This document shows positions 58,856-64,000 of a stretch of DNA of 64,000 nt, piece after piece. The stretch is from Thermoanaerobaculia bacterium (GTDB taxonomy: Bacteria; Acidobacteriota; Thermoanaerobaculia; Gp7-AA8): assembly GCA_044866315.1 (NCBI GenBank), contig JBIOTX010000299.1, positions 163 through 64,162 of the forward strand. Reading direction: 5' to 3'. The notes below the pieces were generated by a model that saw only the letters and a program-made list of their open reading frames with translations, did no database searches and was not told the DNA's origin. Within the stretch, counting starts at the first letter, position 1; the number at the start of each line of letters is the position of its first letter. Position numbers and translations under genes: made by a program.

Positions 58856-59346
58856 CGCATCCTCCTCAATTGCTCGCGCAGTCGCGCAATCGTTTTCTCT
58901 CGTTCGATCCGTCCGGCCACCCGCCACAGCTCCTTCCCTTTCCCGTCGTAGACGATGGTGATCGGGAGCTCGCCGCTGATGTTCAGGTAGTCGCCGAGGT
59001 CGTCGGCGTTGCCGGTGTAATAGACGTTGGGAAAGGCGATCTTCTGCTTGTCCAGGAAGGCGGCGACTTTCTCCCGCTTCGTGTCCGGGATCATGTCGTC
59101 CATGGAGATCCCGAGGACCACCAGCTCGGCGCCGAAGGCGTCGTCGATGGCCTTGAGGTCGGGCATCTCCGCCACGCAGGGGACGCACCACGTGGCCCAG
59201 ACGTTCACCAGGCGCAGCTTCGCCACGCTCGGGAAGACGGACGCGATCTTCGCCGGCTCTTTCATCGGGCGAAGGTCGGCCGCGCTCGCGCCGAACGCCA
59301 CGAGGGCGCTAAGGAATGTAGCCGCGAATGGTGCGAACTTTGGCAT
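58852..59346 (-). CDS. TlpA-like thiol:disulfide oxidoreductase
   Basis: Signal peptide and the WATWCVPC (CxxC) motif. Confidence 0.85.
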   Translation of the reverse strand: MPKFAPFAATFLSALVAFGASAADLRPMKEPAKIASVFPSVAKLRLVNVWATWCVPCVAEMPDLKAIDDAFGAELVVLGISMDDMIPDTKREKVAAFLDKQKIAFPNVYYTGNADDLGDYLNISGELPITIVYDGKGKELWRVAGRIEREKTIARLREQLRRMR

Positions 59347-61087
59347 CGGGCCGGTCCACCTTGACTTCGATCGTGCGGTACGCCGTGTCTTTCTTCGAGC
59401 TCTCGGCGTGATAGCTGATGAGGTACTGCGACCTCAGGTCCGCCTCGAGCTGTTTGTACGTCTCACCGAGCTGCTTGGTATTGCGGATGAAGTACGTCAA
59501 ACCGCCGGTCTCCGCCGCCAGAGACTTCATTTTCCCGGGGCCGCCGATGTCGCCGAGCATGAAGCCGACGCCGATGAAGTACAGCGGCACGCGCGACGCC
59601 CGCGCGTACGTGAGCATGTCGTCGTACGCGAGGCGCGAGGCGGTGTCGTCGCCGTCGGTGATGATGATCAGGGCCTTGCGTCCCTGGACGTTGCGGAAGC
59701 GATAGAGCCCGGTGACGATCGCGTCGTACAGGGCCGTGCCGCCGCCGGCGTCGGGGATGCCGTTCACCTGGGCCTCGAGCGACATCACGTCCGAGACGAA
59801 CGGCGCGTTCTTCGTCGGGTCGCCGGCGAAGCCGCCGATGAAGGCGCGGTCGTTCTTCTTGATGATGCTCCGGAAGAACTCGATGGCCGCGTCCTTGGCC
59901 TCCTTCATCCGCTTCTCCATGGAGCCGGAGTGGTCGAGGAGCACGCCCACCGAGATCGGCAGGTTGGAGGCGTAGTTGAAGCTGGAGATTTTCTGCGGCT
60001 TGCCGTTCTCGAGGACGGTGAAGTTCTTCTCCTCGAGCGCCGGGATCGGCGCGCCGGCCGCGTCGGAGACCGTGACCGGCAGCTCGATGAGGTTCACTTC
60101 GATCTCTTCGATGTAGCGGTCGCCGTTCAGAAAAAGCAGGTCCGCAGCCTCGTAGCCGGTGGCGTCGACGACTGTCGCGCGCACGAACTCCACGCCCCCG
60201 AGGCGCGCGGTGGGGATGTCGAGCGCGTACGGCGGCTGCTTCCACTCGTGCAGCTTCCGGTCGCCCGCGTAGAGGGCCACGGTCTGCAGGTTCGTGCCCT
60301 TCGGGTTCTGGATGCTGAGCTTGAAGTGGGACACGCCGTCCGGGGTGGTGGTGCGGGTGATCTTCACCTCCATCTGCGTGTCGCGCTCGTTGACCACGAA
60401 GGCGTCGGCGTCGACGTAGCGGCCGCGGGAGTCGAAGCCGACCGCCCGCACTTCGACGCGCTTGGGCAGCTTGCCGAGGTCCAGCTCCGCCTTGTACGGC
60501 GGCGCGTTGCGGGCCACGACCTTCTTCCCCTCGACCCAGAACTCCACCCGCGACACGGGCGGCTCGACGTCGACATTGACGATGAAGAGATTGAGGGCCA
60601 CGTCGCGGTGCGGCGCGTGGATGCGCACCGCGCCGAAGGTCTCCGGCACCACGCCTTCCGCCAGGATCGCCTCCGCGCCGTCCTCGGCACTGGCGACGTA
60701 GGGCGTGTTCGTCTTCGCGATCGGGAACTTGCCCGACGACTTGACGATGATGACCGGCGCGCCTTCCTCGACCGGCATGATCAGCCGGGCCTCGATCTCC
60801 GCCTCGCCCTCGGCGAAGGCCTGGATGGCCGTGATCCCGCCGCGCTGGTCGGGCAGCACGGGGTAGCGGAAGTTGCGCAGGACCTGCCCGTTCTGCATGA
60901 ACGATCCCTGCAGGAAGAGCCCCGTCTCCGGCGGCACCTCGGGCGGCAGGGGGAAGCGGAAGGAGACCCGCGTGACCACGCCCGCGTCGGAGTCGCCGAG
61001 GGGAGCGACGGAGATCGCCAGCGGCGCGGGCGCCTCCTCGGCGGCCAGGACACCGGCGAACATCAGCGCAATCAGCAGGTTTCGCAT
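59309..61087 (-). CDS. Secreted VWA-domain protein (VWFA-related acidobacterial-type architecture)
   Basis: ATG at 61087 (MRNLLIALMFAGVLAA). MIDAS-like LLDHSGSM. C-terminal YRTIEVKVDRPDAKVRTIRGY is typical of the TIGR03436-type family as I recall it. Confidence 0.8.
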   Translation of the reverse strand: MRNLLIALMFAGVLAAEEAPAPLAISVAPLGDSDAGVVTRVSFRFPLPPEVPPETGLFLQGSFMQNGQVLRNFRYPVLPDQRGGITAIQAFAEGEAEIEARLIMPVEEGAPVIIVKSSGKFPIAKTNTPYVASAEDGAEAILAEGVVPETFGAVRIHAPHRDVALNLFIVNVDVEPPVSRVEFWVEGKKVVARNAPPYKAELDLGKLPKRVEVRAVGFDSRGRYVDADAFVVNERDTQMEVKITRTTTPDGVSHFKLSIQNPKGTNLQTVALYAGDRKLHEWKQPPYALDIPTARLGGVEFVRATVVDATGYEAADLLFLNGDRYIEEIEVNLIELPVTVSDAAGAPIPALEEKNFTVLENGKPQKISSFNYASNLPISVGVLLDHSGSMEKRMKEAKDAAIEFFRSIIKKNDRAFIGGFAGDPTKNAPFVSDVMSLEAQVNGIPDAGGGTALYDAIVTGLYRFRNVQGRKALIIITDGDDTASRLAYDDMLTYARASRVPLYFIGVGFMLGDIGGPGKMKSLAAETGGLTYFIRNTKQLGETYKQLEADLRSQYLISYHAESSKKDTAYRTIEVKVDRPDAKVRTIRGYIP

Positions 61088-61115
61088 GGTAAGAGCAAGA
61101 GGATAGGGGCGGTTC

Positions 61116-61565
61116 GTGCGGAGTGTCGTTGCAAAACGAGAAACGGTAGGCTTGCGGAAGGTGAAGGTCGCGGCGATCACGGGGTATTCCGGGGCGGGCA
61201 AGACGACCCTGATCTCGGCGCTGATCCGGCGCTACATCGAAGAGGGGCTGCGCGTGGGAGCCATCAAGCACACCCACCATCCGCTGAACGAGGAGAACCG
61301 CGGCGACACGGCGCGGTTCCGGGCGGCGGGCGCGGAGCCGGTGATCCTGGCCGGTGCGGGGGAGGCGGTGATCTTCCTCGCGGCCGGGACGATGCGTGTC
61401 ACCTTCGGGACCCCGCGCGATCTCCTGCTGCACTTCGACACGGACGTCGTTCTGGTCGAGGGCTTCAAGGCGCTGGGCCAGTGGCCGCAGGTGCAGATCA
61501 GCTCGGATGCCCGTCCCACGGTCGAAGAGCTGGCGGCGAATCTCGATAGAATCTGGCGCTCATGA
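61116..61565 (+). CDS. mobB: Molybdopterin-guanine dinucleotide biosynthesis adaptor MobB
   Basis: P-loop ITGYSGAGKTTL, then VGAIKHTHH. GTG at 61116, with an alternative in-frame GTG at 61161. Confidence 0.85.
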   Translation: MRSVVAKRETVGLRKVKVAAITGYSGAGKTTLISALIRRYIEEGLRVGAIKHTHHPLNEENRGDTARFRAAGAEPVILAGAGEAVIFLAAGTMRVTFGTPRDLLLHFDTDVVLVEGFKALGQWPQVQISSDARPTVEELAANLDRIWRS

Positions 61566-62239
61566 CTCTGCGGTACCGCGCCGTGCTGTTCGATCTCGAC
61601 GGAACGCTCGTCGACTCGTACGCCGCGCTTAACGAGGCCGTGAACCACACGGCCCGCGCGCACGGCCTGCGCGAGCTGCCCGCGGCGCGCATCCGGGAGC
61701 TGGTCGGCGACGGCATCGAGCGCCTCCTCCAGCGCGCCTTCGAGCGGACGGACATCCCGAAGAGCATCGTCGAGACCTTCGAGACCCGCTACGACGAGGT
61801 CTGCTGCGGCGAGTCGAAGGTGCTCGAGGACGTGGAGGCCACGCTGGAGGCGCTGGCCGCCCTGGACGTGGACATGGCCGTCTGCACGAACAAGCCGACG
61901 TTCTTCTCCAAGAAGATCCTCGACTTCCTCGGCCTCTCCCGGCACCTCAAGGCCATCGTCGGTCCCGACCTCGCCGGTGCGCGCAAGCCCGACGCCAAGC
62001 ATCTTCTCTACACCCTCCAGTCCGTGCGCTGCGGGACCCGCGATGCGCTTTTCGTCGGCGACATGCCCGTCGACGTGCGCGCCGCGCGCAACAGCGGCAT
62101 GGACGTGGCAGTCGTGGCCACCGGCTCGGCGAGCCGCGAGCAGCTGTCAGCGGCGGGGCCGGATCACTTTCTGGAGAGGTTTGCGGATCTTCTCGATGTC
62201 GTCACCCGACCGCAGCAAGTTCAAATTCGTCTTCTTTGA
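61562..62239 (+). CDS. HAD-superfamily hydrolase, phosphoglycolate phosphatase-like
   Basis: ATGA overlap with mobB. AVLFDLDGTLVDS, CTNKP, FVGDMPVDV motifs. Confidence 0.8.
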   Translation: MTLRYRAVLFDLDGTLVDSYAALNEAVNHTARAHGLRELPAARIRELVGDGIERLLQRAFERTDIPKSIVETFETRYDEVCCGESKVLEDVEATLEALAALDVDMAVCTNKPTFFSKKILDFLGLSRHLKAIVGPDLAGARKPDAKHLLYTLQSVRCGTRDALFVGDMPVDVRAARNSGMDVAVVATGSASREQLSAAGPDHFLERFADLLDVVTRPQQVQIRLL

Positions 62240-62849
62240 CGTCGACTCGACCCTCGTCACCATCGAGGGGATCGACGTGCTGGCGGCGGGGAATCCGGAG
62301 ATCGTCCGGCTCACCGAGGCGGCGATGAACGGAGAGATTCCGCTCGACCAGGTGTACGGGCGGCGGCTGGAGATCATCCGTCCCACGCGCGCGCAGGTCG
62401 ACGCCCTCGGCGCGCAGTACGTGAGCTCGCTCGTCGACGGCGCGGAAGAGACGATCGCCGCGCTGCAGGCCGCCGGCGCGGTGATCCACCTCGTCACCGC
62501 CGGCATCGCCCAGGCCATCGCCCCGCTCGCGCAGCGGCTGAACGTCCGGAACGTGCACGCCGTGGCGCTGCAGTTCGACGCCGCGGGCAGCTACGTCGAC
62601 TACGACCGCCGCTCGCTCCTCGCCCGCGCCGGAGGCAAGGAGCTCGTGGTGCGCAACGTGCTCACGCGTTCGAAAGGGAACGCCGCATTCATCGGCGACG
62701 GCGTGACCGACCTGGAAACGAAGCCGGTGGTGGACCTTTTCATCGGATTCGGAGGAGTTCACGTGCGGCCGAAGGTGAAGGAGAATGCGGACGTGTACGT
62801 GGCCGAGCCGACGCTGAAGGCCGTGCTGCCGTACCTGATCGAGTCATGA
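62196..62849 (+). CDS. HAD-superfamily phosphoserine phosphatase-like (SerB-type)
   Basis: The only in-frame start upstream of the FFDVDSTL motif is the ATG at 62196, which overlaps the previous gene by 44 nt. Also contains TAGI and IGDGVTD. Confidence 0.7.
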   Translation: MSSPDRSKFKFVFFDVDSTLVTIEGIDVLAAGNPEIVRLTEAAMNGEIPLDQVYGRRLEIIRPTRAQVDALGAQYVSSLVDGAEETIAALQAAGAVIHLVTAGIAQAIAPLAQRLNVRNVHAVALQFDAAGSYVDYDRRSLLARAGGKELVVRNVLTRSKGNAAFIGDGVTDLETKPVVDLFIGFGGVHVRPKVKENADVYVAEPTLKAVLPYLIES

Positions 62850-63925
62850 CCGAAACCTGCAAGTTCTTCGTCCCCGGCCCGACCTGGGTCCGCCCCGAGA
62901 TCCGCCAGGAGATGTCCCGGCCGATGATCGGCCACCGCAGCCCGGAGTTCCGGGAGCTGTTCCACGGCATCAACGCCGACCTCAAGACGCTGTTCAACAC
63001 CCGCCAGTCCACGTTCGTCGTGACCGCGTCGGGCACGGGCGTGATGCAGGCGGCGCTGGAGAACTGCGTCGCCCGGCGCGTGCTCGTGACCACCTGCGGC
63101 GCGTTCTCCGAGCGCTGGTACAACATCGCCGAGTCTCTCGGCTACGAGGTCGACCGCCTCGACGCCGGCTGGGGCAACGCCATCGATCCCGACGACCTCG
63201 CCGACCACCTCGCCCGCCACCAGCGCGCCCACTACGACGCCGTGACCATCACCCACAACGAGACCTCCACCGGCGTCATCAACGACGTCGCCGCGCTCGC
63301 GGAGGTCGTGCGCGAGGAAGCCGGCGACGCGCTCGTCCTCGTCGATGCCGTCTCCTCCCTCGGCGGCGCCCCCTTCGCCTTCGACGAGTGGGGCGTCGAC
63401 GTGTGCATGGCCAGCGTGCAGAAGTGCATCGGCCTCCCGCCGGGGATCACCGTCGTCGCGGCCTCAGACAATGCCCTGGCCCGGGCCAAGAAGCACCCCT
63501 ACCGCGGCACGTACTTCGATCTCATCGCCTACAAGGAGAAAGCGGATGACGACGGCGTGCCGTCCACGCCGTCGATCCCGCATTTCTACGCGCTGGCGAA
63601 ACAGCTCGACCACATGCTGCGCGAGGAAGGTCTGGAGGCGAGGTACGAGCGCCACCGGCGCATGCGCGAGCTCGTCCACACGCGCACCACGCGCTTCGCC
63701 AAGCTCGCCGGCGATCCCGCGCACGCTTCGCCCACCGTCACCGCCCTTGCCCCCGTCCTCTCGCCCGAGACCATCCGCACCGAGATGAAGAAGCGCGGCT
63801 ACACCCTCGGCGGCGGCTACGGCCAGTGGAAGGAGACCAGCTTCCGCATCGCCCATATGGGGGACATGCCGGTGGAGGATCTGGAGGCCATGCTGGATGT
63901 GCTGGCTGAGGTGACACGGGCTTGA
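62846..63925 (+). CDS. Class V aminotransferase (serine-glyoxylate / phosphoserine aminotransferase-like)
   Basis: ATGA overlap. FVPGPTWVRPEI..., THNETSTG, SVQKCIG (PLP-Lys context). Confidence 0.85.
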   Translation: MTETCKFFVPGPTWVRPEIRQEMSRPMIGHRSPEFRELFHGINADLKTLFNTRQSTFVVTASGTGVMQAALENCVARRVLVTTCGAFSERWYNIAESLGYEVDRLDAGWGNAIDPDDLADHLARHQRAHYDAVTITHNETSTGVINDVAALAEVVREEAGDALVLVDAVSSLGGAPFAFDEWGVDVCMASVQKCIGLPPGITVVAASDNALARAKKHPYRGTYFDLIAYKEKADDDGVPSTPSIPHFYALAKQLDHMLREEGLEARYERHRRMRELVHTRTTRFAKLAGDPAHASPTVTALAPVLSPETIRTEMKKRGYTLGGGYGQWKETSFRIAHMGDMPVEDLEAMLDVLAEVTRA

Positions 63926-64000
63926 AATTCCGCGTCCTCGTCACCGACACGCTCGCCGAATCCGGTCTGGACATCCTCCGCGCGGCCGACGACGTGGAGC
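63922..64000 (+). CDS. serA: D-3-phosphoglycerate dehydrogenase, N-terminal fragment (runs off the window)
   Basis: TTGA overlap with the previous stop. (M)KFRVLVTDTLAESGLDILRAADDVE matches a typical SerA N-terminus. Only 26 codons are visible. Confidence 0.55.
   Translation, partial: MKFRVLVTDTLAESGLDILRAADDVE

Overview
This is a densely coded, high-GC chromosomal segment from a Gram-negative bacterium, with about 60 protein genes. The gene content fits Acidobacteriota best: a VWFA-type secreted protein, runs of secreted amidohydrolases, an MglA-family GTPase, a sigma-54 activator and many lipoproteins. That placement is my inference, not a database result. All product calls rest on motifs I could read in the supplied translations; no searches were run.

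Clear features:
- An M4 metallopeptidase.
- trmFO.
- A cobalamin riboswitch in front of a TonB-dependent (BtuB-like) receptor.
- Three tandem secreted amidohydrolases.
- Two tRNA-Ser genes.
- A YdiJ-like FAD/Fe-S oxidoreductase.
- An AtoE-like transporter.
- An operon of nucleotidyltransferase, metallophosphoesterase, EgtB-like enzyme and SOD.
- An ABC-2 exporter.
- Two tandem paralogous S8 subtilases of about 1050 aa each.
- An ATP-grasp / GCS2 ligase / GATase-like cluster interrupted by hicAB.
- yvcK-glmU.
- A 1211-aa sigma-54 activator.
- suhB-mpg-yigZ.
- A lytic transglycosylase.
- A thioredoxin/VWA operon.
- mobB.
- A serine-biosynthesis cluster.

I see no CRISPR array, integrase, transposase or prophage.

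The most interesting candidates are:
- The amidoligase-type cluster and its divergent esterase plus twin-subtilase operon.
- The giant sigma-54 activator with a degenerate STAND/TPR-like N-terminus, followed by a two-lobed retropepsin-like lipoprotein.
- An orphan MglA-family GTPase with a long C-terminal extension.
- A 360-bp AT-rich intergenic region carrying a CATCC motif phased on a ~20.6-bp lattice.
- A 27-nt palindromic repeat present both inside a CDS and in an intergenic hairpin.

None of these is proven novel. Each needs the homology and expression checks listed with it.
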